Below are positions 38,057-47,842 of a DNA stretch of 57,198 nt, piece by piece (positions within the stretch are counted from its first letter, which is position 1; every line of letters begins with the position of its first letter). This stretch comes from Chloroflexota bacterium (GTDB lineage Bacteria > Chloroflexota > Chloroflexia > QHBQ01 > JADMIH01). The position numbers and the translations under genes are program-made. The notes under the pieces are model-generated. The model was not told the DNA's origin. It made no database searches and saw only the letters and a list, made by a program, of their open reading frames with translations. The stretch covers positions 1 through 57,198 of the forward strand of contig DAHVFG010000003.1 of the NCBI GenBank assembly GCA_027317125.1, written 5' to 3'.

Positions 38057-38665
38057 ATGTATCACCCAGGTACAAAATTCAGGATACTTATAGTGGCCTT
38101 CAGTCTTGTGACAGGTGTGGCAAGCTACGCTCTGAACGTGCCTTCCGCGGGCGCACAGCAAAACGCAAATATCTACGCAATGGCCGAGCTCAGTCCGAGG
38201 GGGAAAGTCGTGGAAGGCACCCAAGCAAGTAGCGCCACATTCGAGCGGCTCGCGGGTGGCGGCACCCGAATCACAATGCTGCTAGTCAACATGAAGGCGG
38301 GAGCCGGTTACCAGGCTGCTATCCGCGACGGCAGTTGCAGCGGGGCGGTTCTCTACTCTTTGTCTGCCGTGCAGATCGGCGCCAACGGAGAGGGCCAGGT
38401 AGTCACCGAACTCCCTGCTGAAGTGGAGTTTGGGCGCTGGTATGTCGAGGTCAGTTCAGATGACGCAAGCTCCGGCGCAGCCCTGTGCGGCCAGGTAAAC
38501 CCGGCTATAGCAGGCGCGCCCCCCATTGGCCCCATTGGTGGTTCCCCTGGAATGCCGCGCACCGGCCAGGGTGGAGGCATTGGTGCATACTGGCTGGCTC
38601 TGCTGGGCGCAGCCCTGGCGACGCTCGGCTTCATCTCCTACCGCGCTGCTGGACGCCGCACCTAA
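38057..38665 (+). CDS. Secreted CHRD/Cu-Zn-SOD-fold-like protein with MPRTG sorting signal
   Basis: Signal peptide (PSAGA-Q), C-terminal MPRTG + TM + RRT; RBS AAGGAG. Confidence 0.7.
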   Translation: MYHPGTKFRILIVAFSLVTGVASYALNVPSAGAQQNANIYAMAELSPRGKVVEGTQASSATFERLAGGGTRITMLLVNMKAGAGYQAAIRDGSCSGAVLYSLSAVQIGANGEGQVVTELPAEVEFGRWYVEVSSDDASSGAALCGQVNPAIAGAPPIGPIGGSPGMPRTGQGGGIGAYWLALLGAALATLGFISYRAAGRRT

Positions 38666-38713
38666 ATAAAGGGACCGAGCAACTCGCAATCGCCAAATAG
38701 AAGATGCAGCACT

Positions 38714-38747
38714 GTAAGGGCGCATAGTCTGTGCGCCCTTACTTCTT
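38714..38747 (+). terminator. Intrinsic terminator
   Basis: gtaagggcgca-tagtctg-tgcgcccttac-ttctt. Confidence 0.65.
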
Positions 38748-38962
38748 AAGCAGCCACTCCCACGAAAACGCAGGGGTTTACCTGCCCACAAACTGCTTGC
38801 CGAGCGCCTGTTCCAGCATATTCAGCGGGCTGTTGTCGTCGCCGACATACAGAACGATCATCTCGCCCGACCGCTAGAAGTGGACAAAACGCATCTAAAT
38901 TGGTTAGGGCAAATCAGGACCGGGTCTGCCCCAGAGGTCTGCTCCGCGCAGCGCGGTCTGCC

Positions 38963-39778
38963 TTATGCGCTACAGATGTATCGCTCGATTACATCTGCGG
39001 CTCCATCTTCCCACAAGGGAGGGGCTATTATGCGGGCCGCTTCCAGCAGAGGCCCGGGGGAGGTAGACATAGCCACCCCGTAGCCCGCCCATTCGATCAT
39101 ATCCTGGTCGTTGTGGCCGTCGCCGACCGCCATGACCTCGTCCTGTGCCGCCCCACACCGGTTTGCGAGGAAGGCAAGGGCGCGCCCTTTGGAGCACTCT
39201 ACGTTGGTGAACTCTGTGAAGCGGGGGTGTGATTTGGTTACCTGCAAGCTGTCGCCGTAAATCTCAGTAAAGAGCCGTAGCGTCTCATCGGTGTCGCTTT
39301 GGTTGGTGACTATCACCAGCTTGGTAGGCTCAGCTCCGCCCTGTTTATCCAACCACCTGTTGAGATCGCCCACTTCGTTCACCGGCAGATCGAGGTTGAT
39401 ACTTGAGTAGAATGCTGCTTCGGGCGACATACGCGCTACATAGAGGCTGTCGTCCAGATAGAGGTTCAGGTGTAGCCGCCGCTGCTCTGTCTCATCAACT
39501 ATGGCGCGGGTTAGTTCCATGGGCACAGTCTTGTGATAAAGGGTCTCCCCTGTGTTGCTGTGGCGGATCATTGCGCCCTGATAGCAGATCATCGGCGCGC
39601 TTATTCCGAGATCGGCGGCAACCTGCCGTGCGGACCGGAACATGCGGCCAGTGGCTATCGTAACCAGCACGCCCATCTCCCGCGATGTGCTTATAGCCGC
39701 GCGGGTGCGCTCTGAAATGATAAGGTCATCGCCGAAAAGGGTGCCGTCGAGGTCGAGGGCAAGGAGCTTGATTGTCAT
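38963..39778 (-). CDS. Cof-type HAD-IIB hydrolase
   Basis: LDLDGTL, IATGR, SKG.AL, AVGDGHND.DM. Confidence 0.93.
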   Translation of the reverse strand: MTIKLLALDLDGTLFGDDLIISERTRAAISTSREMGVLVTIATGRMFRSARQVAADLGISAPMICYQGAMIRHSNTGETLYHKTVPMELTRAIVDETEQRRLHLNLYLDDSLYVARMSPEAAFYSSINLDLPVNEVGDLNRWLDKQGGAEPTKLVIVTNQSDTDETLRLFTEIYGDSLQVTKSHPRFTEFTNVECSKGRALAFLANRCGAAQDEVMAVGDGHNDQDMIEWAGYGVAMSTSPGPLLEAARIIAPPLWEDGAADVIERYICSA

Positions 39779-39782
39779 AGCG

Positions 39783-40616
39783 TTAACTCTTTATTACAAC
39801 TATTCTGTTGAGGCCCGCCAGGTCTTTACGCACCTCTACTGCTGCATTCGGGAAGGCCTCACGTGCCAGGCTGGACACTAGCGCGCCTTGAGAGTAGGCG
39901 GTTTCCATCACGACAGTACCCCCCGGCAAGAGATAATCGGGCGCGGCGGCGAGGAACTCCTGGATCAGCGCCGTGCCGTCCTCCCCACCGCCAAATACAG
40001 CCACCTTCGGCTCCCAGGTAGCCACTTCTGGAGACGCTTCGCCGGGTGAGACGTACGGCAGGTTGGCTGCTATCACATCCACCTTACCGGGTAAAGGTTG
40101 GAGTAGATGTCCCAGATAGAGGGTGATGCGGTCCGAAACGCCATGCAGTTCGCAGTTCTTCCGTGCTACTTCAAGAGCCTGAGGTGAAATCTCGACGCCA
40201 TAAGCCCGCAATAGGGGCCTGTTTTTAGTAACCGCAACCACTATAGCACCACTACCAGTGCCTATATCGGCCAATTGGCTACTTTCGCCATCGAGCGATG
40301 CTGCTAAGCAGGCATCAACTACGCTTTCAGTCTCCGGCCGGGGCACAAGCACATCGGGAGTGATGTAAAGATCGAGGCCGTAGAACTCCTTGTGTCCGGT
40401 GAGATAAGCCACCGGCTCCCCCTGCGTTCTGCGCTCGACTAGGAGCTCGAAATCTACAGCCTGAGGCTCGGAAAGCCGGTCTGTGGCGTGCGCGAGCAGG
40501 GATGCGCGACCCGTTTGGAGGAGGTGGGCGAGGAGCACTTCCGCGTCCAGGCGGGGTGTAGAGGAGAAGAATGAAAGGCGCTTCGACCCCTGCCCAAGCG
40601 CCTCTGCTATCGTCAT
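39783..40616 (-). CDS. prmC: Release factor glutamine methyltransferase
   Basis: GEPVAYL.G, LVPRPETE, DIGTGSG, NLPY; downstream of prfA. Confidence 0.95.
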   Translation of the reverse strand: MTIAEALGQGSKRLSFFSSTPRLDAEVLLAHLLQTGRASLLAHATDRLSEPQAVDFELLVERRTQGEPVAYLTGHKEFYGLDLYITPDVLVPRPETESVVDACLAASLDGESSQLADIGTGSGAIVVAVTKNRPLLRAYGVEISPQALEVARKNCELHGVSDRITLYLGHLLQPLPGKVDVIAANLPYVSPGEASPEVATWEPKVAVFGGGEDGTALIQEFLAAAPDYLLPGGTVVMETAYSQGALVSSLAREAFPNAAVEVRKDLAGLNRIVVIKS

Positions 40617-40624
40617 GTGGCTCT

Positions 40625-41710
40625 TTACCCTGTGGCAAGGCCCGCGGCCTGAAGCCGCTCGGCCTGGTCGTTTAGCCTCAGCGTCTCGATGAAGCTGTCT
40701 ATGTCACCCTGCAAGATGCGGGGCACGCCCGACAGGGTGAGCTTCACCCTATGATCGGTCACGCGGTCGTCGGGGAAATTGTATGTGCGTATCTTCTCGG
40801 AGCGATCGCCGGTGCCAACTTGCAGGCGTCTCTCATCGCCAAGCTCCTGCTGGTGCCGCGCAAGCTCCATCTCGTAGAGGCGCGAGCGCAACACAGTCAT
40901 GGCCTTGATCTTGTTCTTTAGCTGGCTTCGCTCATCCTGGCAGATAACCACCACACCCGTTGGTATGTGCGTGAGGCGCACCGCCGAGTCGGTTGTGTTT
41001 ACGCTCTGGCCGCCGTGCCCGCCGGAGCGGTATACATCTACCTTGATCTCCTCATCACGCAACTCTACGTCAACCTCGTCAGCCTCCGGCATGACCGAAA
41101 CTGTGGCGGTAGAAGTGTGAATGCGCCCCTGCGACTCGGTGACGGGTACGCGTTGCACGCGGTGCACGCCGCTTTCGAACTTGAAGTGGCTGTATGCGCG
41201 CTTCCCCTTTACCTCGAAAATGATTTCCTTCATGCCGCCGATGCCGCTGGGGTTGCTCGAAAGGACCTCGGTTTTCCAGCGCCGCTTCTCGGCGTAGCGT
41301 ACGTACATGGTGAACAGCTCGGCGGCGAAGAGAGCCGCCTCGTCGCCACCTGCCCCCGCCCTGATCTCGATGATCACGTTCTTGTCGTCGGTTGGGTCTT
41401 TAGGCAGGAGCAGGCGCTTGATCTCATCCATGTAAGCGTTGCGTTCTTTCTGCAACCGCTCGATCTCAGCGTGGGCCAGCTCAGCAAGCTCAGGGTCCGC
41501 GCCGTCGCTTCGCAGCAAGCTCTCGGTCTCTGTAATCTCGTGCGATGTGTCTCGGTAACGCCGGTACGCCTCGACCAGGTCCTGAAGCTCGACACGCTCG
41601 CGCCCCAGGTCCATTAGCTGCTTCGGATCAGTAGCCACCTCCGGCCCGGCCATCATCTCCTCAAGCTGCACATAGCGCTGCTCTATACTTTGTAATTTCT
41701 CGTCTATCAT
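40625..41710 (-). CDS. prfA: Peptide chain release factor 1
   Basis: GGQ motif (SGGHGGQSVNTTDSAVR), PVT recognition motif, EKIRTYNFP. Confidence 0.98.
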   Translation of the reverse strand: MIDEKLQSIEQRYVQLEEMMAGPEVATDPKQLMDLGRERVELQDLVEAYRRYRDTSHEITETESLLRSDGADPELAELAHAEIERLQKERNAYMDEIKRLLLPKDPTDDKNVIIEIRAGAGGDEAALFAAELFTMYVRYAEKRRWKTEVLSSNPSGIGGMKEIIFEVKGKRAYSHFKFESGVHRVQRVPVTESQGRIHTSTATVSVMPEADEVDVELRDEEIKVDVYRSGGHGGQSVNTTDSAVRLTHIPTGVVVICQDERSQLKNKIKAMTVLRSRLYEMELARHQQELGDERRLQVGTGDRSEKIRTYNFPDDRVTDHRVKLTLSGVPRILQGDIDSFIETLRLNDQAERLQAAGLATG

Positions 41711-41772
41711 TGTATTCCCAAAGGTCCCAACGCCCGCTTTTTCGAAGCAGGGCTATTAATCTTCAACATAGA

Positions 41773-41801
41773 ATTATACGCGCTCGGAGGGGCTCAGTCA
41801 A
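41773..41801 (-). promoter_or_regulatory. Sigma70-type promoter for prfA-prmC
   Basis: TTGACT-17nt-TATAAT on the minus strand. Confidence 0.75.
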
Positions 41802-41832
41802 GTTGATAAGTCCAGACCGTTTATAACACACC

Positions 41833-41860
41833 TTGCATAGAAAACTCCCCTGAGTATAAT
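41833..41860 (+). promoter_or_regulatory. Sigma70-type promoter for the EF-G paralogue
   Basis: TTGCAT-16nt-TATAAT. Confidence 0.6.
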
Positions 41861-41924
41861 AAAGGCACGTGCGGGGCACGCTTGACTTCCTCAAACCCTT
41901 ACTGCAGGAGGATTCTAGCTCGTT

Positions 41925-44021
41925 ATGAATGAGTACACTACAGCCCAACTTCGCAATGTCGGCCTCTTTTCGCATGGTGGTTCCGGCAAGACCTCATTGT
42001 TTGAGGCGATGCTTTTCTCCGCCAAAGCCAGCTCGCGCCTGGGCCGCGTTGACGAAGGCAATACCGTTTCGGATTACGATCCCGACGAGATCAAGCGACA
42101 TATCTCAGTGCAGCTTGCCGTTGCGCCTGTAGAGTGGCAGGGTAATAAGATCAATTTGATTGACTGCCCCGGTTACGCCGAGTTTGTTGGCGAGGCCAAG
42201 GCTGCAATGAGCGTTTCAGATACATCGCTCCTGCTGGTGGATGCCTCAGCGGGCGTCGAAGTGGGCACAGAACAGATGTGGAAGTACGCCGAAGAGCGTT
42301 CTTGCCCTCGCATAATCTTCGTCAACAAGATGGATCGTGAAAACGCTGACTTCCATATGGCTTTCCACTCTATACAGGAGGTGTTGGGCCGCAAGTGCGC
42401 TCCGGTGCAGATGCCGATAGGCTCCCAGCAGTCGTTCCGAGGGATAGTAGACCTGCTCGCCCAGAAAGCCTTCATCTTCGAGCCTGGCAACACAAGTGGG
42501 AAGTTCACAGAGGCCGGCATTCCAGACGATATGAAAGAGGACGCCAAACGTGGCCTCGACTGGCTCACCGAAGTAATCGCTGAAACAGACGACGACCTCA
42601 CGATGAAGTACCTTGAGGGCGAAGAGCTAACTGGGGCCGAGCTGGTAGCTGCGCTCAAGGTGGGCGTACGCTCCGGCAGCATTGTGCCTGTTTTCTGCGG
42701 ATCGGGTTTGCTCAATGTTGGTATGACCCAACTTCTTGATGGCATTGTGGCCTACGCGCCTTCTCCCTCGGAGCTTGGCGCCACTACCGCCACCAACGCT
42801 GCAACTGGGGAAGAGGTGGCTCTAAAACCCGCCGACTCCTCGCCCCTAACTGCGCTCGTTTTCAAGACGATACGCGACCAGTTCGGCAAGCAGACGTATC
42901 TGCGGGTATTCTCAGGCAGTTTCCACTCAGACAGCCATGTCCTCAACTCAACGCGTAATATGGAGGAACGCATAGGACAAGTCTACGTACAACGTGGCAA
43001 AGAACAGCTTCCCGTCCAGCGGCTCGCCGCTGGGGATATAGGCGTGGTGGTGAAGCTGGCCGAGACACAGACAAGCGATACACTCTGTGCCGTCGGCAAC
43101 CCGCTTGTTCTTGCTCCTATTGATTTTCCTGAGCCTGTTTTCTCCGCTGCTATCGCGCCGCGCACCAAGGCCGACCTCGACAAGATGGGCACCGCCCTCC
43201 ACAACATACTGGAGGAAGACCCCACTCTACGCACAGGCAAAGACCCAATTACCGGGCAGACGATTGTCTCAGCAATGGGCGAAAGCCACGTGCAAATCAC
43301 TGCCGATAGGATGAAGCGCAAGTTCGGGGTAGATGTAACGGTTGGCCTGCCTGTAGTGCCATACCGTGAGACTATCACCTCACGTGTAGATCGCGCCCAC
43401 TACCGCCACAAGAAGCAGACGGGCGGGCACGGCCAGTTTGCTGATGTAGTCCTTGAGCTTGAGCCGCTGCACGAAGGCGAGTTTGAGTTCGGCGACAGGA
43501 TCGTGGGCGGCGTGGTGCCCAAGAACTTTATCCCTGCTGTGGAAAAGGGAATAAGGGAAGCCTTGACCGAGGGCGTGCTGGCAGGCTATCCGGTTGTGAA
43601 TGTGAAGGCTGTGCTTTATGATGGCAGCTTCCACCCGGTGGATAGCTCAGAAATGGCGTTCAAGCTGGCGTCATCACAGGCGTTCAAAGAGGGGTTGCAG
43701 GCAGGTCATCCTGTGCTGCTGGAGCCTGTAATGCTGCTGCGTATCACGGTGCCCGACAACTATACAGGCGACATCATGTCGGACCTGAATAGTAGGCGCG
43801 GTAGGGTGCTTGGTATGAACCCGCAAGGCAATGGCTTTACTCTGGTTGAGGCGCAAGCCCCGCTCGCTGAAGTACAACGCTACGTAAGCGACCTGCGCTC
43901 GGTCACTCAGGGTCGCGGCACCTTTTCTATGCAGTTCGACCACTACGACGCCGTACCTGCTCATGTAGCCGACAAAGTAATAGAGTCCGCACGCAAGCAC
44001 CGCGAGGAGGCGAACGCGTAA
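41925..44021 (+). CDS. fusA: Elongation factor G paralogue (EF-G2-like)
   Basis: SHGGSGKTS, DCPG, NKMD, HKKQTGGHGQF, DGSFH.VDSSE.AF; RHIS replaces canonical RGIT; not in the rpsL-rpsG operon. Confidence 0.93.
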   Translation: MNEYTTAQLRNVGLFSHGGSGKTSLFEAMLFSAKASSRLGRVDEGNTVSDYDPDEIKRHISVQLAVAPVEWQGNKINLIDCPGYAEFVGEAKAAMSVSDTSLLLVDASAGVEVGTEQMWKYAEERSCPRIIFVNKMDRENADFHMAFHSIQEVLGRKCAPVQMPIGSQQSFRGIVDLLAQKAFIFEPGNTSGKFTEAGIPDDMKEDAKRGLDWLTEVIAETDDDLTMKYLEGEELTGAELVAALKVGVRSGSIVPVFCGSGLLNVGMTQLLDGIVAYAPSPSELGATTATNAATGEEVALKPADSSPLTALVFKTIRDQFGKQTYLRVFSGSFHSDSHVLNSTRNMEERIGQVYVQRGKEQLPVQRLAAGDIGVVVKLAETQTSDTLCAVGNPLVLAPIDFPEPVFSAAIAPRTKADLDKMGTALHNILEEDPTLRTGKDPITGQTIVSAMGESHVQITADRMKRKFGVDVTVGLPVVPYRETITSRVDRAHYRHKKQTGGHGQFADVVLELEPLHEGEFEFGDRIVGGVVPKNFIPAVEKGIREALTEGVLAGYPVVNVKAVLYDGSFHPVDSSEMAFKLASSQAFKEGLQAGHPVLLEPVMLLRITVPDNYTGDIMSDLNSRRGRVLGMNPQGNGFTLVEAQAPLAEVQRYVSDLRSVTQGRGTFSMQFDHYDAVPAHVADKVIESARKHREEANA

Positions 44022-44024
44022 CGA

Positions 44025-44047
44025 TAGGGGTTAGGGGTTAGGGGTTA
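44025..44047. repeat. TAGGGGT heptamer tandem repeat
   Basis: taggggttaggggttaggggtta; supplies the stop codon of the convergent gene. Confidence 0.8.
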
Positions 44048-45495
44048 GTAGCTGATACCTGATCGCCAGGCAGCCTTTTCAGCAGTATCATCAGTCCGAA
44101 GGTCAGCCAGAAAGTGAGCGAGAGGTCCATTGTGAAGTAGGCCATATCGAGGAGGCCGTGCAGGGCGAAGTCTATCATCGAGGCTATGAGGGCAAGAGTT
44201 AGAGCGCCTAGCTCGGTGTTGCTGTGACGCTTCCAGAGTTGTAGCGACTGCCAGAAGAAATAACCCAGCGCGGCAAAGACCCAGGTAAGCCCCGGCACTC
44301 CCAGCCTGAGCCAGAAATCCAGTATAAAGTTATGTGGGTGCGAGGTAATCAGCAAGCGGGCTTGCGGCACTCCATATTTCGGGTCCTGGTAAAGAAACTG
44401 GTCCTGCCCGATGCCTGTGAATGGGTGATCACGCAATATACGCAGCGCAGCCGCCCAAATCTGCGTGCGTGCAACGCCGGTATTCTCCTTGTCACTGAAG
44501 TTGAAGATCGAGGTAATGCGCTCTACCTGTATGAAGGGTAGAGAGGCCAGGCCCAGCAAGAAGGCCGCTCCCAGAGCGCTTAGCAACCAGCGACTGCGGC
44601 TTATGATCGCCACCACGAGCAGCGCCACAAAGACGCCGCCCCATGCTCCACGCGCAAAGCTGAAAACCACCCCCAGCCCTATCACCACGGAGAGTAAGGC
44701 GGCGGCAATCTTCCAGAGCCTCCACTTCACCGGAAGAAAGAAGGCCAGCGTAATCGCCGGAGCAAGCGCGCGTCCCAGGTAAATGCCCAATGCTGTGGCG
44801 CTTGGATAAACCCCCACCACGCGCCCCACCCCTTCCATCTGCGCTGTCTGTCCGAAAAGATATTGCTCGATTCCTTCGCGCCCAACGAGGGCTGCCGCGA
44901 TCAGCCATGCGCCCATCATCCTCCAGAGGTCGCGCTCAGTACGCAGCCAGCGCAGCATCATAGCAAAGAAGAGGAGAGGCTCGACTATGTTCCATCGGAA
45001 GTCGCGCAAGGCGACATTGCGCCGGTCCGGTGGAGGCACCAGCAGCCAGATCAGCCCGATCACGCCAAGAGCAACGGCAAGCCAGACCGCCGGTTGCCGG
45101 ACCATCTCACTTATCGCGGACAAGCTGCGCGCGCGCAGCAACGTCCAACCATCACGCAAAGCCCATGCTGCCGCGCCGCAGACTATGGCGAACTCGGCGA
45201 GCGAAAAATAGAGGCTACCTATGTAGCGAGGGCGGTAAAAGAGAGGGGCAGCCAGCGGGATAATGGCTAACTGTAGGTCGGGACGGTAGAGAGTGAGGAG
45301 GAAGAAAATCCCGCCACCAATTATCGCCGGTGCAAGCCCCGGAATAAGGTAGTAAATGCCGAGGGCTACCAGCATCCCTGTCAGGGCGGCTCTTTCCGAC
45401 TGGAGCCAGGAGAGGGGACTTGTTTTACTGCCCTGTGCAGCTACCTGAGATGAAGTGGTGGAATCCAGAGCTTGCCCTGTCGCCAGGCCGCTCAA
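44038..45495 (-). CDS. O-antigen ligase / Wzy_C family membrane protein
   Basis: SFARGAW, R..IW.AA..I...HPFTGIG, HPHN..L..W...G..G motifs. Confidence 0.88.
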   Translation of the reverse strand: MSGLATGQALDSTTSSQVAAQGSKTSPLSWLQSERAALTGMLVALGIYYLIPGLAPAIIGGGIFFLLTLYRPDLQLAIIPLAAPLFYRPRYIGSLYFSLAEFAIVCGAAAWALRDGWTLLRARSLSAISEMVRQPAVWLAVALGVIGLIWLLVPPPDRRNVALRDFRWNIVEPLLFFAMMLRWLRTERDLWRMMGAWLIAAALVGREGIEQYLFGQTAQMEGVGRVVGVYPSATALGIYLGRALAPAITLAFFLPVKWRLWKIAAALLSVVIGLGVVFSFARGAWGGVFVALLVVAIISRSRWLLSALGAAFLLGLASLPFIQVERITSIFNFSDKENTGVARTQIWAAALRILRDHPFTGIGQDQFLYQDPKYGVPQARLLITSHPHNFILDFWLRLGVPGLTWVFAALGYFFWQSLQLWKRHSNTELGALTLALIASMIDFALHGLLDMAYFTMDLSLTFWLTFGLMILLKRLPGDQVSATNP

Positions 45496-46466
45496 CTCTG
45501 CGCCTCTTCATTCTGTGTTTTGCGATGCGGAAGGAAGAGGGCCATCAGCCCGCCGAGGGTGACCGCTCCAACTATCAGATCAAGGCCGGTGGCGATCAGC
45601 GCTTTGCCTGGTGATGTGCCTGCGATATTACTGTTTGTGGCTGCGGCCTGAATATTCGCATCGTAGTTTTGCAGCACCCTGTAATATTCGTTATGCAAGC
45701 TCTCTATGCGCTCTATAGAGCGCCCCATATTCCAGCTGTTGGTCACGTCGCTGCTGATGCTGCTGATCGCCTCCTGGCGCGACCCGCTTGCGGGACTAGG
45801 ACTGAGCGCGGTGATATGAGCCGCAAGTGCCTGTGTCTGTGAAAGTACCTGTGCTGCCGTTACCCATGGGATGTCGGGCGACAGATCTCCTACGGGTCTG
45901 GGGTAAAGTCTGAGGTGGTCGGCAATCGGGAAGGTAGCGCGCCTGAACTGCTCCGTGTTGGCCCCCAGCGAGCGCGTCCACCCCATCAGGTCCGAATCGT
46001 AGTTTTGTAGAGCTCTAAAGTACGGCTCGCCCGCCTGTGCGTAGTTCTGTAAGACTGTGAGATAATCTTTCACCTGGGTAGCAGTGTCGCGCAGAGCGAG
46101 CAGGCGCGGAGGGTTGCTACTCTCTGCCTGGGCGTTCTTGATGTCGCTTCGCACATTCACAAGGAGCGCGCTCATGTCATGTGTCTTGACATAAGCAGTG
46201 TATCCTGTCTGCGCCTTGTCGAATGCCTCTTTTGCCGCCCCCACTGTCGCCCGAGTCTGGGGCATGCGCGCTCCAATAAGCTCTTCCTCACCCGAAACGA
46301 GCCTGGGCAGAGGCAGAAACCAGGCAGCCAACAGCACGACAAGCGCACCGACCAGCGCGAATATGATTTGTCTGTTGAGGTTACGTCTCATGGAAGCTAA
46401 CATAAAATGCATAACGCGTCTTGTGTAAGCTGAAAGCAAAGCTACTACTGTCGCCCGACTCCTCAC
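45492..46466 (-). CDS. Hypothetical protein with N- and C-terminal TMs and a helical core (possible Wzz-like co-polymerase)
   Basis: TM-helical-TM topology; SPGKALI...GAVTLGG tail; coupled to the ligase-like gene. Confidence 0.6.
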   Translation of the reverse strand: MRSRATVVALLSAYTRRVMHFMLASMRRNLNRQIIFALVGALVVLLAAWFLPLPRLVSGEEELIGARMPQTRATVGAAKEAFDKAQTGYTAYVKTHDMSALLVNVRSDIKNAQAESSNPPRLLALRDTATQVKDYLTVLQNYAQAGEPYFRALQNYDSDLMGWTRSLGANTEQFRRATFPIADHLRLYPRPVGDLSPDIPWVTAAQVLSQTQALAAHITALSPSPASGSRQEAISSISSDVTNSWNMGRSIERIESLHNEYYRVLQNYDANIQAAATNSNIAGTSPGKALIATGLDLIVGAVTLGGLMALFLPHRKTQNEEAQS

Positions 46467-46476
46467 GCGGTACGCA

Positions 46477-47352
46477 TTACGCCTTACGAGACACTTTCAC
46501 GCAAGTTATATGCACTCCAATGGCCTTTGGGTCATGCCGCCGCCAGCTGTCTTCGAAGTAGGCCAGCCGCCATGTAGGGATGAAGACCGCACGGCTAACG
46601 GCTTTCACAAGGGTACGCTGCCACGGCGGTAGGCTCTTTTTGGAGAGCATTTCGCGCCGCCAGTAGTCGGCTAGATCGTGTATCTGGCCGAGGAGGTGGA
46701 AAGAGAAGGTGACATCTGTGACGTGCAGGCCGCGCTGCTCAAGTCCGCGCTTCATCTGGCCTGTGGTCAGTATCTGGATGTGGCCTATGTGGTCACGCTT
46801 CCACCTGTGGATCGGAATGCGCTTGCTATGCCGTAGGATTGAGAAGACTGTGCGGCGATTTCCTTCGCAAGGTACGAAGCAGTGGAAGACCCCGCCAGGC
46901 TTCAGCACCCTGGCTACTTCGTCAGCCGCCTTCCCCACATCAGTGACGTGCTCGAAGACATCAAAGAGAAGCACGATGTTGAAGCTGTTATCCGCGTAAG
47001 GCAGGTCAAGCGCATCGCCCAGCTTGTACTCTATCTTGCCTGTGGCATCGGCAGCGCGCGCTTCGGCCAGCGCGGTATGCGAAATATCGCAGCCATGGAG
47101 TTGCAACTCTGGGCGATAATATAGAAAGGAGCGCGTATAACGCCCCGCGCCGCACCCGATTTCGAGCAGGCTGCCACGCGCGCCTTCTATAGCATGCAGG
47201 CACCGCTCCAGTCGGAGGGCAGCAAGGTCATGGGTGCTTGTGCGTAGCTCACCGCGCCCCTCCACCGTTTTGAGGTCTTCGTAATCAAAGCGAAAAGGCT
47301 CTTCTCCGCCTGAGTGGGTGCGGGACGATGCCTGGTGTTGCGCTGTAGCCAT
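46477..47352 (-). CDS. Class I SAM-dependent methyltransferase
   Basis: LEIGCGAG, GCDIS, GDALDLPY, DVFEHV, RVLKPGG. Confidence 0.9.
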   Translation of the reverse strand: MATAQHQASSRTHSGGEEPFRFDYEDLKTVEGRGELRTSTHDLAALRLERCLHAIEGARGSLLEIGCGAGRYTRSFLYYRPELQLHGCDISHTALAEARAADATGKIEYKLGDALDLPYADNSFNIVLLFDVFEHVTDVGKAADEVARVLKPGGVFHCFVPCEGNRRTVFSILRHSKRIPIHRWKRDHIGHIQILTTGQMKRGLEQRGLHVTDVTFSFHLLGQIHDLADYWRREMLSKKSLPPWQRTLVKAVSRAVFIPTWRLAYFEDSWRRHDPKAIGVHITCVKVSRKA

Positions 47353-47449
47353 TATGCCTCTTTCTGCTCCTCTCCTGGTTCCTGCCGTTCGGTGCTCCTA
47401 TTCGCCTATGCCTTTGTGCCTGTTGGTGGCCTGGTCACTGGGTGTGCGA

Positions 47450-47842
47450 CTACGTGGTCCCCAGCACGGCCACGCACTCGATTTCTACCATAGCCCCCAG
47501 GGGCAGTCCCGCCACCTGCACAGTAGACCTGGCGGGCGGGCGCTCCGTGCCAAAGTATTCGCTGTAGACCTTATTCATAGCCGCAAAGTTCGCCATGTCG
47601 CTCAGAAAGACTGTGGTCTTCACAATGCCCTCGAGTGAGCTACCTGCTTCCACAAGGATCGCCTTAAGGTTTTCCAGTGCTTGCCTGCTTTGCTCCTCGA
47701 TGCCCCCCTCAACCAGCCTGCCCGTAGCGGGGTCAATAGCAACTTGTCCGGCGGTATAGACAAAGTTGTCCACCACTATACCTTGCGAATAAGGGCCGAT
47801 GGCTGCCGGGGCTTTGCTCGTCTGGATTCTTTCTCTTCCCAA
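47450..47842 (-). CDS. ridA: RidA/YjgF/UK114 family deaminase
   Basis: APAAIGPYSQ, TAGQ, N.VY..YF...PARS.VQV..LP....VEIE. Confidence 0.93.
   Translation of the reverse strand: MGRERIQTSKAPAAIGPYSQGIVVDNFVYTAGQVAIDPATGRLVEGGIEEQSRQALENLKAILVEAGSSLEGIVKTTVFLSDMANFAAMNKVYSEYFGTERPPARSTVQVAGLPLGAMVEIECVAVLGTT

Noticed and set aside
44025-44047. Telomere-like or G-quadruplex motif (TTAGGGG)n
   Set aside because: Only three G4 tracts are present; it is better explained as one of the heptamer repeat families.
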